This document shows positions 46,805 to 61,640 of a DNA stretch of 64,000 nucleotides, in pieces (the first letter of the stretch is position 1; every line of letters begins with the position of its first letter). The position numbers and the translations under genes were made by a program. The notes under the pieces are model-generated. The model was not told the DNA's origin. It was given only the letters and a program-made list of their open reading frames with translations, and did not search any database. Source of the DNA: Podarcis bocagei (lineage: Eukaryota). Location: NCBI GenBank assembly GCA_964188305.1, contig OZ076889.1; one strand, written 5' to 3'.

Positions 46805-49800
46805 CGGACGGTCAACCAGATCTTGTTTGGCCAGGAGTGCTGAACGGACAGCTCCCCGTGGTTTTTGCGGCGGTTTGGCGCAAGGCATCTTTCCTTTCAG
46901 GGTACAGTACTAGGGAGATCCATGATAAAAGTGGCCGGTGGTTTACTTCTGATTGGAGCAAAAAAGAAAGGAAGAAAGCGGGCTGTGCCTTAGAATATAA
47001 GCATCTAAGCAAACAGCAACAACAAAAAAGACCCCATCCGTGTTTGTTTCTAATGATCCCAGGGAAGAGTCTCAAGATACCATTACCTGGTGTGCATGCT
47101 CCCACCTCGCCTTCAAGGTTATAGTCCAGACAGATGCAGAGGAAGAGGGTCACGCAAGCAGAGACACCAAAGTGGAGCAATTAGCATATGCACACACATA
47201 TACAGATATACTGTACAACATGTTCTGTTTCAGGACATGCTGCAATCTAAAAATACTGCCAATTGGATGGTATGTGCACAATAGGTTTATATGCACCTGA
47301 TCTGCAGCACGTCATATGTAGATCCCACTAGGGCACTCAGATACTGGTGCAATGTGCTGAATACAGAGCTGGGTTCCCTGGAGAGAGTGCATCGCTAACT
47401 TTCCTGATGCAGGAATGGAAGGGTTTCAGAATTCAAAAACCAGGTGTCAGATCTAATGAATATGAGGTTTAAAGCGTAACAAGAACTCACCTTTAGAGTG
47501 GGTTAGATTCATTGCATTGTGTTTCATTGCAAGAAGTCAGTCTATTGGGATATGGAGCCTTTGTATTTCAAATCTGTGCCTGTCCGCAATGGTTGAGGCA
47601 GGGAATCACTCTCCCTGACATTGCTTAGAAGAGGTGCTGACTCAGCTCTCTCTGCTCCTGCTCAGCAGGGTAAGATGGTTCCCAAAAGGGAAAAACAAAC
47701 TGGGAACAGAACAATCCACTGCACCAAAAGGCAGATGCATCAATGTCTAAACACTGACCAATAGGGTCAGGTGTGAGAAAGAGGAATTGAAAGGGAAAGA
47801 GAGAACCTGCAAGGAAAAGAAGGAACCGCTGTGTGTGGCATTCTGGGGCATGCAAATTAAAGTGGCCTTTCTACATGGGTGGAACTTGCTGTTAGTAATA
47901 TGTGATTGTGTGCACAGGTACACAGCCATGTGCAGAGATGTTAGCATGAAGTGGGTGGTATCTATGGTGAGCCCACACCTAACTCCATGAGTGCAACTGC
48001 TGAGGAGAGGTCATGAGCAATCATGGAAAGAGCTGCCAGCGCACTGCATGCACTGCCCAGTTTACACAAACCTTTCTTCACCCAGCCGTTTGCCTGTGCA
48101 TATGAGAAACTCAGTAAGTGTGAACTGCCTCTATATTTCAGTGCAATGAGCTCTGTGAATAAGGGATAGGGGGAGCTTGGGGATTTCAGACAGTTTATAT
48201 ATTCTGGGGGTTTTTTGGGGGGGGAGGAAATGGAACTGTTGGCTGACTCTCTGAGGGCTACTGCAGGATGAGAGCTCTGGGGATGAGTCTGCTGATTCTT
48301 GGCTGGCTGGCACAGGGCAAGTCACTTTCCAAGCTCCCAGTCTATTATAGCTCTGGAGTGCTTACAAGATGAGATGGGAGATAACGATTTTCCAGCTCCT
48401 GAGTCATTAGCTCCGTCTGTTTCTGATAAGGCCTTACTCGCCCTTCTTGCTGCAGTCTCCTTTTGGAACACACGCACAGCCTGAACCAGTTGGCTGTCAT
48501 TTACTCCAGACCTAGATGGCCTCGTTATACCTCGTCAAGGCTACTTTGCACTCTTATGAGTGCAGGTCTGAGCAGCATTAGATTCTTGCAGTGCTCCTGG
48601 GTTAACTTTTCTGATGCTGCCATTGGTTCAGTGTGAGTCTCCTTCCACTGCTATACATCATACTGCTAGCTATAATGGGTCGGCAATAGTTCTGTGTGCC
48701 CTTTTTGGATGCTATAATGCTGGGGGGGGGGCTCCTTGTAAAATGATCGGGTTTTCCTAGCACCAGATAATCCCACAGCAATTTTACATAAAGCAGGAAA
48801 GAAAAGACTTTGTGGAGAGGTACCCAAAAGGCTTTGGTGCAGCTGCTGCATCCATCCATTGCCTCTGTAGATTGTTCCCTCTGGACTGCTTCATCATACA
48901 TGAGATTTCCCCCTAGATAGAGAGCATCTCTCTGTGTGGGTGGTGATGGAATAAATCTATCATGACTGAAGTGTGCTTTGATTTTGCAGTGAGAACACGG
49001 ATCAACAAACCGTCATGTGTGTAGCACTTTTTTAGAGTGTAAGCTCTGCAGCTATTGATATTGCATGGGTGGGGTGGTGACATAGGAATGTGAATGCCCT
49101 AATACTCAATGCTGACCTAGAGGCATGAATGTGTACGCTGTATGTAGTTCAGACACGGGATGAGGAGTATGTCTTTCCTTGCGTTAGGGATCTTTTTGTG
49201 TGCTTTTCTATATTTTTGTTGATCTCAGTAAATGTACATGGGTGGCTTGTAATGCAAGCTAGTGTGTGCCAGGATATCCAGGATTTTCCATGTCCTGTTG
49301 TGATTACAGGTTTTTAATGGACATGGAAAGGCCGGGTGCTAAGGGGTATGTGTTTATGGGTGTGTTATGTGATATTTGGTGGGGATTTGAGAATGGAAGT
49401 CATTGGAGGATCCCACTGTTGGAGATCACTGAATGCAAAAGCATTTAATGAGAATGTAACTGTCAGGGGAGCATCAATGGATGCTGTAGTTTAACTGCCC
49501 CTATAGAAGATCCTATGGCATAACGTTCAGATGAAAAATCAGTAAAATGGACAACTATTGTGCGAAAGTCCTTTCAAGCCACAATGTTCTCTGAAGCTTA
49601 GCTGGCATGGGAGAGTCAGCATAGACATCAATAAGACTGAGTCATCCTGATTTATACACCACCCCTTTCTACTGCAGGTACCCCCGCTCAGTTATAACTT
49701 GCTTGTAATGCTGGGGATCATGGTAAACATCCAAGTTGAAAGTACGTTCATGTTATATGTAAAAGCCATTCCGTCCAATGTGGTTCTTGAGGATGCTGTG

Positions 49801-52800
49801 CTGTTGTAAGTGGTTGCCTGCACTGTGGCATTCTGGAAACTGTTCATTTTTGAACAGGGCAAAGAAATTACCGTAACTCTAAAGATGAAATCCAATGACA
49901 TCTATCTCTGTGGCTATTCTGAACTACTTTCCTCCAGTGTTTTGTGTTAGTCGTTTCCACCCTGGTATTTCTTCCACAGCAGTGTATCAAGCATGGAGGC
50001 CAGAAGGTGCTCCAAGCTTCCTCTGCAGCCTGGATCAGTGTTCAGCTGGCTGAGTAAATCAGCGTTTACAATGTCTTTATCACCATCCTGTTGGTAGCAG
50101 ACATAGATCACCTGGCAGTGTGAGTGACTCACTTTAGAATCCCAGAGCCTTTTGAAATACAGCTACTGCTATATTGCAAGAGCAAATGGGGGAAATGAAG
50201 CGTGGGAGTCAATGGTCATTTCCCCAAAGCTGTCTAAAAAGGCATTTCCTTTTGATATCTGCTGACCCCTTCTCCCAACTTGTTCAGGCTTCAGCAGGCT
50301 GACTCCAATGGTCAAGAGAAGGGAGTATGGGGAAACCTGGCTGCTTGGCATACATGATAGTGTCATGCCACAGGGTAGGGGGGTGATGATTGTCTGCATG
50401 CAATGAGAAAAAGCATTCATTGTCTGCAGACCACAACTGCATGTTCTTGAAATATGTCTGCGTGGCCAGGCAATTAGCAGCAGGAGAAAAGGATCAGCAT
50501 ATGCTAATACTCCAGGCTAAGGCAGACGACACTGAGCAACTTCTATTCAGTGAGCAGGCCCCAGGCAAGAACTGGAATAAGCAGACTGGGGAGGAAGAGA
50601 TGGTTCTGTTGGAGGCCTCTCTTTGCAATACCATGCACCTTGGCCATAACTGAATGGAGTGAACTTTTGGATTATGGCCATGATGATGATGATGATGATT
50701 ATTTATTTTTATGCTGGGTTACCCCAGTTACTCTGGGTGGCTTCCAACAAATTAAAACACATAGAGGTCAGGTCTTAGTGCTGCAGGAGAAGCACAGTTT
50801 GTTTTCTTTGGCTCACTATCAGGCATTTGTCAACTCAAAGTCATTAACTCACTCATCCCTTTCAGAGAAAATGGGAAGAAGGACTTTGACACATGTGACA
50901 ACATTCTGGCATGTTGCTGAAGTGTGAATGGGACTCAATGGCTTTTACCAAGCAGCAAGACCCAACTATTTAAGGTCATGTAGTGAACAATATGGAGATG
51001 AGCTTTCAAGTATTCAAAGACAACAACAACAACCATTCATGGAAGTGGAAGAATCTGAACTACAATTTAGCAGCTCATTATAAACTTCTAATAATGATCT
51101 GGGCAGTGTATCTCCCAATACCAGAAGCTGTGGTCACACAACCATGGAGGGCTGTTGCCTTTGCACTATCCTTGTGAATTTCCTGGGGATATTTAGCTGG
51201 CCCCTTTTGATGTAAAGGATGCTTCACAAATCAATTCCTTTGTCTGAACCAGCAGAGCACTCCTTACTCTTATCAATACTAGACTTTTAATACTTAATAA
51301 TTAGAATGGTTTTTGATTCTGTGTATTATATAGTTTCCTTTAACCTGCCTTTTGCTCTGTATGTTGATTGAATCCTGGCTGAACCATTGATTGTGATTCT
51401 TATGTTCTGATATACTTGCTGCTACAAACCTTAGCCTGTATGTAGCTGATGGCTTTCTTCTGCATGGTGTTTTGATGCAAGGGCATTTTGTCCTATTAGT
51501 AAGGTTCAGCACATAGCTTTGTATGATGACTGAGTGCCTCCTGCTTTTGCACAGTTGGCACCTGTATGATCCAGGTACCTGCATTCATCTTGGGAGACCT
51601 AGAATTCTGGAGACATATATCTGTCCTCCTACATTCCACAAATCCTGCCACCACTGCCCAACACTTCCTAACAGCATCACTCATGGCTACATAGCTGTGC
51701 CGGCTTGCAAAAACTTCCTAAGAGCCACACTATTTCCCCATGGTGGTCTGAGTATATTCCAAAGGTTAGAGACAGATGGATGCCAGCAGCAACAATATGT
51801 GTGGGTCTCCTGGAGCCTGTTAAACAGTGTTTTATTAGACATATGCACCTACCGGTATTTTGTTCCCAAAGCAAATGATCTCTTTGGGTGGATAGACAGG
51901 ATGTTGTTTCTTCCTTTCTTGCTGCAGATTCCCCTCTCCCTGCCGCACCAGAAACGGTGTGTATGGCAGGGGGTCAGCTGCCATCTGCTGCATCATGTCT
52001 CACCAGTTTACATCATTTGCTGAGATCTCTGCAGTCTTCGTACTGCAATAAGAACTAGTAGGGTTTTGCAATGACTGTATGCCATGCATTTTATCTCCAC
52101 ATTCTCAAGCACTTGTTTTTACAGTTGGAAATGACTAAGGTATAGAGTGTCACTTTCCCAAGGTCACGCAGTAAAAAAGAAAAACAAACAAACATGGGAC
52201 AGCTAGAAAGGGAAGCTCCTGCTGCCTTCATCTTCTAACCGATAGTGAATGCAAATGGTCTTCCTCGAAATCCTTTTGTCTAATACTCACACATGGACAG
52301 ACCATCTTGAACTAAGTTTAACAATTAATGTCACAAATAAGTCATATTCCTATACATATAAGATTCTCTGAATCCCTGGGATTCCCTCCATCCCTCCACA
52401 GTTTCCATAGTTGTTCTTTTCCAACTGCATCATATAATGTTCTTCATGTTTTCTTGAAACTCAGTTCTCACCATAGTTCTCGTTACATTGCAAGTTTTTT
52501 TTTTTAATCCTGCCAATGTTTTAATTGTTTACAGTGTTCTTTGAAGTAACTTATAAATTCCCCCCATTCTTTATAAAATTTAATGTCCTCTTGATCTCTG
52601 ATCTTCCTGGTCATTTTTTTGCCATTTTGGCATAGTCCATCATCTTTATCAGCCATTCTTCTCTTGTATGTATTTTACCTTCCTTCCATCTTGAACAGTG
52701 CTCTAAGCACCTGTGGTGTCGCCCAGGAAAAAAAGCTTCCAGGTTGCCTGTATCAACATTTAAGTAGGGAGAAGCTAAAGTGGAGAATCTGGAGGTGTCT

Positions 52801-55224
52801 AGCAGTCTCACAATCCCGCAGTTGTGTGTTGTGGCTGTGATACTCCAAAGGAGCTTCACCAGAATCCTCCAGTGTCAGCCAAGCAGAGCACGTTCATCCT
52901 CTTGCTTTGCATCCTCCCATTACAAGATTACCACAATATATCATGAACATAATTACTAGTACTAGTGATGGATGAACTCCCATCAGCTTGATTCAGAACC
53001 GGCTCAGAAATTATAAGCGTTCTCTTGAGAACTCTTGGGAGAAGGGGGGGGAAAAAGAATTTTCCTGCGAGTTCTTTGTCTTGTGGCTCATAATGTTGGT
53101 TCATGTGTGCTGGATGCACCTCATTGTAAAATTCCCTTGTAACTGTGGTTCCCAGTACTAGCCATGGAAGAAGAAACTGGAAATTCAAGCACTTTCCCTC
53201 CCCAAACAATCAGTGCTGGAAACAAAAGATGGTTTTAGAAACAACAGACAGATGGAGAAAAGTAGCCAAATATCAGTATGAAATAAACAAAAGGAATTTA
53301 CCTGAACAGAGGAAGAACTTGAATGGGTGGTTTGGTCACATAGTGAATGTTTCATTGGCTTGGGCTGATGGGAGCTGCCTGTAGTTCAAAATATCTGGAG
53401 GGTGTGAGGTTGATGAAGGCTATTCTACATATTGTGCTTCTCAAAGTAATCCTATTGCTTAACATTTACTTGGTGCAGTTTAAAATTATTATTTTATCTG
53501 ATGGTAAGCCTAAAGTCAGGGACTGCCTTACTATTGGGTTTTATTAAACTATTCTGGAAAACATTTTTCTCTCCCCCTAAACAGTAGGGAAAATGGTCAT
53601 GAGCGATGTCCAAACGATGCATTCTGCCAGTGCAAGGTTTTGCACTTGTGCAACAGAAATTCTTTCCTTTCCTTTTCCTGTGTGTACCTGTGTGCCCTCC
53701 CCCAATCTGCTTCCAGAGTGTTGGGGAAAATGCCTATAACAGGTTAGGAGGCTTGTGGAGGGAAGAGAGAGGGGGAATTCCATTGCAAACAGAAACACTG
53801 AAGGAACATGTTACTTAGCAGTACATTGGATACAACCCAATATAAATACATACATTTTGAGTGCTTAAAGTGTGTGGCATATATTACCTCAGCAATTCTT
53901 ACAGCAGCGTTTTCAGACAGGCCAGTATGAGAATGCGCTCATTGTCAATGGTGGGGTGGAGGGTCAGAATAACACTTGTTTTATGATCACTAATAAACCT
54001 TTCTACTCATTCTCTTATGGATAGTTTATGCCATACACCTGTTTTGGAAACATCCTCCTTGACTGTGCTTTGGCAAAGATCCTTTAGTGAATTCATAGCT
54101 GAGGTGAGCTTGAAACCAGGAACTTGCAGCTCAGACAGCTCACACTCTCAGCCCTTGCATGAGACTTGCTCTCCAAATGCCATTTGCTTATTAGTCCTCA
54201 TCACTGAGTTATCACTGTGACTAAGTGCCATGTCTGAGTTGCAGTGGCTAATTTCTCTTCATGGCTTCTTTCATTTATAATGGGATTTTGATAACATCAA
54301 ACGTCCTCAACTATCGGATAAACTAAAGCTGGCACAATTACCAATTCATTAATTCAATCTCAGCAGATAATCTAGACTGCCCATAGCAAGGATCACCAGT
54401 GTACCTGTATTTCAGCATCCACTTTATAAGACTTTGTTTCCTGCAACTTCTGGGAGCTGAAGTAGCCTTCCCTTCAGCCTACCAACAAGTGACTTTGCAT
54501 ATTAAGGGCCAGCTGGCCTAAATCCAATGTTTTTGAACTGCCAGACAACTTGGCAAATCCTCTGTTCATTCTATCATGACTCAGCATTGCAAACCCAACA
54601 CAGCCAGTAAAGATTCCCCATCTTCCAGAGAGCAAAAAATAGACAGGTATAGCTTTATTTTCCATGTACTATATACATGATTGCATATGATTGTTATAGG
54701 AGTGCCTTTTTATAAGTTTCTTGTCCATAGCTTCTATTCCCATAATGCCTTGGAGCTCTAGGGTTCACAAGAAATGAACTCAGCTCATTTTTAGAAATGG
54801 GGGGGGGGCTTGATTAGAGGGGAACTATTGTCTCAGAAATGGGAGAAAACAGTGTTTTCCGCCTTACCCAGGCCAAGAACATAAAAGACATAGGATTAGC
54901 TGCGGGAACCCTCTCTAGCTAACGGAGACATTTTCATTCCCGAGCTTACAAAAAGGTTCCCTTTATTATATTGGACTAGATATGGGGGGTCAGTCCCTGC
55001 ATGATTCTTGTGAATCCCTTCTGAATTTGCAACCCATAGCAGTTAGTGTGAGCAGTTAATGTGTGTAGATGGAGGGGAGAATCAAGGCACAGCATAGCAG
55101 CTTTAAAGTAAACTCCATTTCCTGTGAAGGAAATAAGAAATAGCATGGCATATAAACATTTTAAAGATCCCTTCCAGCATAGTCTCCTCCAATAGGGTTG
55201 TATCCAACAAAGTCATCCTAGCAT

Positions 55225-55292
55225 ATTCCTTCATTGCAGGGGGTTGGACTAGATGATCTACAGGGTCCCTTCCAACTCTATGGTTCTATGAT
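55225..55292 (+). mobile_element. CR1 3' end
   Basis: CATTGCAGGGGGTTGGACTAGATGATC...GGTCCCTTCCAACTCTATGGTTCTATGATT. Confidence 0.8.
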
Positions 55293-58200
55293 TAGTACAA
55301 GGATTTCTGTTTTCGCAGCAGGTCTTCCTCTCCCCCTCCCCCAATCTCTTCTGAGGGTTTTCCCAAACCTCCAGAACAGATAGGTGGTGTATGGGAGCAC
55401 AGGAGAGAGGAGGGAGAGAGGAAATTCCATTCTATAGGTGAAAGTCCTTGTGCTAACAGGACAGTTTCACCAAAAAAAATATACAGTGTTATTCTCAGCA
55501 GGCTCTCCAAAACCTCCATGTTTCCAATAATTTTTGTTTTCAAGTGATTGCAAAGAGTTCTGGAGTTTGTGTTGGTAGGTAGATGATTGACCACCATTGC
55601 ACTCAGGTACATGTTAGTCGCAAAGCAATGATCCAGGAAGGTTTTTCCATGGTTTCTTAAATTTCCCAGCTCCTGCCCTTAGTAGATAGGAGCAGTCTGA
55701 GAGGGAGAATAGATGCCCAAACCCAGTCTTGGTTTAGAATGGCCCAAACTTCATTGGATACTGCTAGCGTAACAGAGAAACAGATTTCACTCTGAGAGCT
55801 CATCCATTCTTTCAAAGGATGGAAATGCTGAGGTATGTGTTGAGCAATTAATTAGACAGGAAAGATACAGCACCACAGAAACCACAGGGCAGTCGGATGG
55901 AAATTGCAAAATTCATGTAAAGTGCTAACAGGATACTCAAACCTGAGGTCTCTTCCAGACTGTTGCTTTTTTGCAGCAGGATTTCATTGCATACAACAAG
56001 TTCAGGTTGCCAAATTAAAGTGGATTTGGACAACAAATATGCTCCCCCCCAAAAAAAAAGACTTAAGGAAGATGATGGCAAAATGCATGGGGAAGTGTGC
56101 TTGATAGAACATCACACAACCTCCGTGCAAATAAATCAGGATGAGTTCTCAGTTAGCAACTGATTGTTGGATAACCTTCCCACAAACAAATCGAGAAGGA
56201 ACAGGTTGAGTAGTAATCAACAAAGTCTTACGCAGAGTAGACCTACTGAAATTAATGACCATGACTAAGACCCTGTCTACACATACATTTAAACAGTCAT
56301 AACTTCCCCCAAATAATTCTGGGAACTGTAGTTTGCTAAGGATGCTGAGAGTTGTTACGATACCCCTATTCCCCTCTCAGAGCTATAATTCCCAGAGTTC
56401 CCTGGGAAGAGGGATGTGTGATGTTTTGTTGTTGTTGTGTTTTTGTATACCCTGTTGGAAGCTGCCCAGAGTGGCTGGGGTAACCCAGTGAGATGGGCAG
56501 GGTACAAAAATAAATCATTGTTATTATTATTATTGCTGTTGCTGATGTTTTCAATTGTTCAGCCACTCTGGTAACCATTGCTCTGCAAGGGCAATAGGAC
56601 TCACCTAACAGTTCTCAGCACTCTTAACAAATGACAGCTCCCAGACTTCTTTGAGGGGAGCTATTTAAAGTAGTTATAACAGTGCTTTAAATGTATAGTA
56701 TAGATGGAGCCTAAACACTCAATAGGAGAGTGAAACTTAGCTGACTACCACCCATTGCCTGGAAGTGGCCAGAGTTAGTCGCATGTGACTAAGAGGGTAG
56801 AGAGAAACTGAAGCTTCTCTTACAGATCCATAAAGGAAATTAAACACAAAATACACACCTATACCAGCAAACAAGCTGCTTATGAAGGAGTTTGGGTGGG
56901 TGGAGCCAAAGATACAGGTCACTGTTTAGGTTGACCATCTCTCAGACTTCTTACTATGGGAGTTGTAGTCCTAACAACCTCTGGACGATTCCAGGCTGAT
57001 CAACTCCTGCCTGCATGGTGGGGAATAGAGAAGAGTCCCACCTCCAACACCACCTGATAGCCCTGTGTGGGTATCTAACCCTGATGCTTATGCTGCGCCT
57101 TCACAGTCGGAGGTTGTATGCTTCGGAATACCAGTTGCTGGAAGCCACAAGTAGGGAGAGTGCTGCTGAGCTCTGGTTTGGCTTGTGGGCTTCCCACAGG
57201 CATCCAATCAGCCACTATGAGAACAGGATGCTGGACTAGATTTGCTGCTGGCCCGATTCAGCAGGACTCTCTTATGTTCTAAGCCAATTTTCACCGCAAC
57301 ATGTTAAGGCTGCAGTGTGCAAAAGACTTAGTCTGGGCTTGTTCCCAAAGCAATTTCCCTGGTCTTGCCTGAGTGGCTTGAAGACTTGGCCTTAATTCTC
57401 CCCACTCCAAGAGGGAAATGTACCATGATGTGCTTCAGTCAGCTTACTGCAATGCTTATGTGAACAACTTTCAAACTAAGAGCCGAAAGGAAGATCAAAT
57501 GAAGGGAATGTGTCAAGAGCCACCGACAATTTTACACTTGCAATTTTACACTTGCAGTTCTCTGCTCTCCTCCCTACAGTTCCTCATCTGCTCTTGTGGG
57601 GCCTAATTATGTAGGCATATCTTTCCCCTCTCTGATCCAGCCCTGGCCTACACCAAAAAACCTGGGTTCGATCCTGCCCTTCTTTTTTATGTGAACTGTT
57701 GAAAATCCACCTGCATGAGCAAATCAAAGAAGGATGTGGCCCTTTCTATGAGGGGTGGCCTGGAGAGAGTAAATGACATGTTCTTTGTATTTAAATCACT
57801 CTTGGAACGTACTGCCTGACATTACTCAGCCATAATAAGCCTTTTGCTGCAATGGATGCTGCAGTACACGCCATGCCAGACTGAATCCTCCCTGTTCATT
57901 TGTGCTGTTTAGTGCTACACTGGCACAAATTTGAATCTGTCTGCTCCCATTGTCTTAGTTGGGAGGTACAGGGGAGCAGTTCAAAGATGACAACTCCTTG
58001 CAACAATAGTTTGGGGATGTTTAGAAAGCAACAGCATGATGCAGTCAAGGAATGAGACCCTGTGGAATTGACAGAGCGGTGAGCTAAGCTACAAGGATTA
58101 GAGGGAGCTCAAGTCGTATGTCTCTATGGAAGAAATGTTCAGTATGAAGCTCCCCCCCTCCCCTCCATATTCTGTTTTGAAACTGATTGTATTGCTAGCT

Positions 58201-61200
58201 TGCTTTGTTGGGGTAAATTTAGCTATCAAAATAAATACAAAATTGGCAAATGATCTGCTTGATTTTTAACTACCCACTAAGAGATGGCAGCCCGATATTC
58301 AGTTAAAACATTCAGTCCTCTATATCCATGAAGCTACAAAAGTGACCCTATCCAAATTACTGGCCAAAATCCAGTGCAGAATTAAACACACCCGAGGCCA
58401 CTGGATCTGTGTTGGCTTGTGGCCAGTTCTGTGCAGTGTAGCAGTTTAGTGCAGGGTGGGAAAGCATTTTCAGCCTGAGGTCCAAATTCCCCTCTGGACA
58501 GCTTTCCACATGCCAGAAGTTTGTCAGAGGGAAAAGTGAGTGGAGCAATGGGTGGACTGTCAACCTTTGTACAGTAGGCTAGTTTCTGCACATGTACCAC
58601 TCTATCCCTCATCCTGGGGAGAGTGGGGGTGGCTAGGAAGGAGGTGAGGAATAGAGAGAACCACAAGGACCTGATCGAGAGCAAGAAGGGTCATACCCAG
58701 CCCTTGGATCTCAGGTTCCCCACCCCTAGGCTAGAGTATTTGAACTTGAGTTCCAAATTTCTTTTAAGATATGAATCTCATTTGGTAATTTGGACTAATC
58801 ATTATCTCTCAGCCTAACCCATCTCTCAGGGTTGTTGCCGGGATAAAATGAGAGGGGGGGGGGGGACCATGTATACTACCTTCTTTTCAGGGAAAGTGGA
58901 TTATAAATGCCTGTGGCTCTGAGGGTGCTCTTCTGCTGGGTTCTTAAACCAACAATGCAAGTGTGATGGTGAGCAAAAACACCTAAGTGTTTAAACAAGC
59001 ATTTTCTTGCAGTTTTGCCTTTTTTTGTTTGTCTGAGATGCAGTTTTGTGACAGCACCATGATGCTGGAGCAGGGAGGGAGAGAATATGACTTGATTCAT
59101 GGTGTGCTTCTCAGTGCCACAACATCCAGGGGTCTCACAAGCATCAGTGAATTGATCTTCACACATCTTAATTTGAAGACAAGATAGCAAAAACACAGAA
59201 CAGTTTAAAAAGCAATGTAAAAGAGAGAGGAAGAAACAACTGCCACTTCTGAGTCCCATTTTATGGAATGTGTTTCTACCACAAATTGATTGCAAGAGCA
59301 AAATCTTGGGTTGTGCCGAAGGCAGGAATAAAAGCATTTCAGAGGCACTGAGATAGCATTGAAAACTTTCCCTGAATGTCACCTGGTGTAGTGCATACAG
59401 TGGATAATCATAGAAAAGCAAATAAATGCTTTGCTAAGTTCCAAGATTGCATCTGTTCTGAAATGAGAGTTTCCCATTGTCCAGGAACCTTTGAAAATAA
59501 GCAGAAGCTCATGTTCAGTACGGAATAAAGCCTCAGTCATCCGTGATTTGATCATGGATGAAGGGACTAACCTGGCATGTATAACTGAGGCAGAGTGCAT
59601 GGCCTGGGTGGCGCTATGCTAACCCAGCTGTGCCCGTCCAGGTACTTGATGCAGCACCACTGCAAGTCAGAGGGACAGGGCATTGTATCACTGTCATCCA
59701 CAAAAATTCCATCTCCCTTGCCAGTAGAATGCCCCACACTGTATGGGTTCGAGGGAATGCTTGTCACGTTGGGTCACAGAGAGGGAATGGAGATATTGTT
59801 AGCATATCTTTCATCCTGCTGCACTACAACCTATGCAGCTGAGCTGGTGACTTGGACATGTCATGGGCCAGGAGTCAGCTTCACCTGCTGAACAGCAGCC
59901 TGAAGGGGGAGAAGGCAGAATAACTCCACCTGCAGCTGATCAGCCTTCAAGGTAAGGAAGAGAAGGCACTGATGAGAACCAGCTGGCTTCAGCCTTCTTA
60001 AACTGAGCTCTCAGCAGCAGGTAGATACTGGAAACAACACCTGTGGTTCCTGGCCCTACTTTGCTGCTTCCTGCTTTCCATCTGGCCCCTTGGCTCTGCG
60101 ATTATCTGGATTCCCTGACCTCTGGACTGTCTCATGCCGTATGTGGATTCTACTCTCAGGCAAGTGTTCCTCAGAGACTCGTAGCCCTTGCTTCCTCGGC
60201 AACAGGATGAGACCATGACAGGATGTGGTGTTGGAGACCCCCTTCATTGTTGTCCAGGGTGATAGCTTTCAATTTTTCTGTGGGTGTGTTCTGGGTACAG
60301 CTAATGTTAGCCACTGCCCTATATCAGGAGTAGGCAACAGGTGTTGTGGACTACAGCTCTGATCAGTCCTAGTCACCATGGCCTAGGATGATGGGAATTG
60401 CATCCCAAAACATAGAGTACTGTGGTGGCTACTCCTGCCTCAAATATTCTGAAAGTCTGGGTTAAGACTGTTTGTATATATTAATGCTTTAGTGTTTTTA
60501 CAAATACAAAATCCTTATCATGATTTCAATTTGTTTGATGCCTGGTGCTAAAAAATCACAGCACAAAAATCCACTCAATACAAGGCATGCAAAAGACTGA
60601 AACAGCAGCATTCATTGAAGATGATAATACACTCAGTCTAAAAATGGCAAAATCCCAACTAGCCCCAACAGTATGTATATAATCACGATCATCAAAAAAA
60701 CAACCCAGAACAGCCAAGAGGATAACAGGCAAATCTCTGGAAGAAGAGGAAAGTCTTCACCTAGCATAGGAAATATATTTTTAAGTTGAAAAAGGCAGCA
60801 GAGCTGGAAGTCTAGTTTCTTTTTGGGACAGATGCCAATTGGCTACCAGTATTGCCCATCTTTAAGACCAGCATCTGTTTGTAGAATCAAATTAATGTGC
60901 ATCCATCAGATAATTGACATTAAACAGCCCCACATTTCTAGGGAGTGTCATCTGAACTAAAAAGGATTGAATTACCTTCTACATTAGCTATGTGGTTATT
61001 TGTTTTTGAAGGATAAGACAAAAAGGTGAACTTAGGTTCAGTTCATACTGTAATTGGTGCAAGTGTGGAAGCTACTTTCTCCTAGTCCAGATCCATCTTG
61101 CCCCAGTGAAATCCTAAAGGAACCTTGTGGGAGGCTGAAGCTACTTCCGGATAAAAGTGTGTGTCTCTCTGTATGTTGGAGGGAGAGAACTACACTTGCC

Positions 61201-61640
61201 ACCCTAAGCTCCTTGGACCAAGGTCATAATATAGATATAATAAATGAACAAACATTTCCAATGTAAATGCTGCAGGTAACCTGGCTAGTGTATTCTACTA
61301 GCATTGTGTGCTATTACAGATTTCTTACACAGCATACAATGGAGACAGGCTGCAGAGTTAGATGGCGCATGTGGCTGTTCCTATTTGATAGGAACGGCGA
61401 CATTTCTTAGGTGTGCAGTGAGCAACCTTCCATTGCTGGCAATGGTAAGGGAAAGCACCTTGTGTGCTTAGGAAGTGCTGTCTGCCACAGCCTGCAAGCA
61501 AAGGATCTTTGGTGTGGGTGGAGGTTGCCTCTGGATTCAAACCTAAAAATACATATTTGTACTTAGTGCCCATGCCTTCTATATGATATGAATGAGCCTG
61601 TGTGGAAGTTGAGCAAGCATTTATGGGCCTCTCCAGCTTT

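Larger units (their letters stand above)
46020..46990 (+). promoter_or_regulatory. CpG island promoter of a downstream gene
   Basis: Sharp CpG enrichment against depleted flanks; (GAGGCG)3 at ~46223-46243, CCAAT 46304-46308, GC box GGGGCGGG 46354-46361. Confidence 0.8.

Noticed and set aside
46266-47180. ORFs of 77-176 aa over the CpG island
   Set aside because: GC-rich sequence is poor in stops; no recognisable domains. The ATG at 46307 closes after 26 codons.
51523-52023. 166-aa ORF (and similar ones at 29709-30194 and 58876-59421)
   Set aside because: No recognisable homology or splice-consistent structure; compatible with chance ORFs.
57527-57554. 14-bp tandem duplication CAATTTTACACTTG x2
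   Set aside because: Simple slippage duplication with no functional cue.
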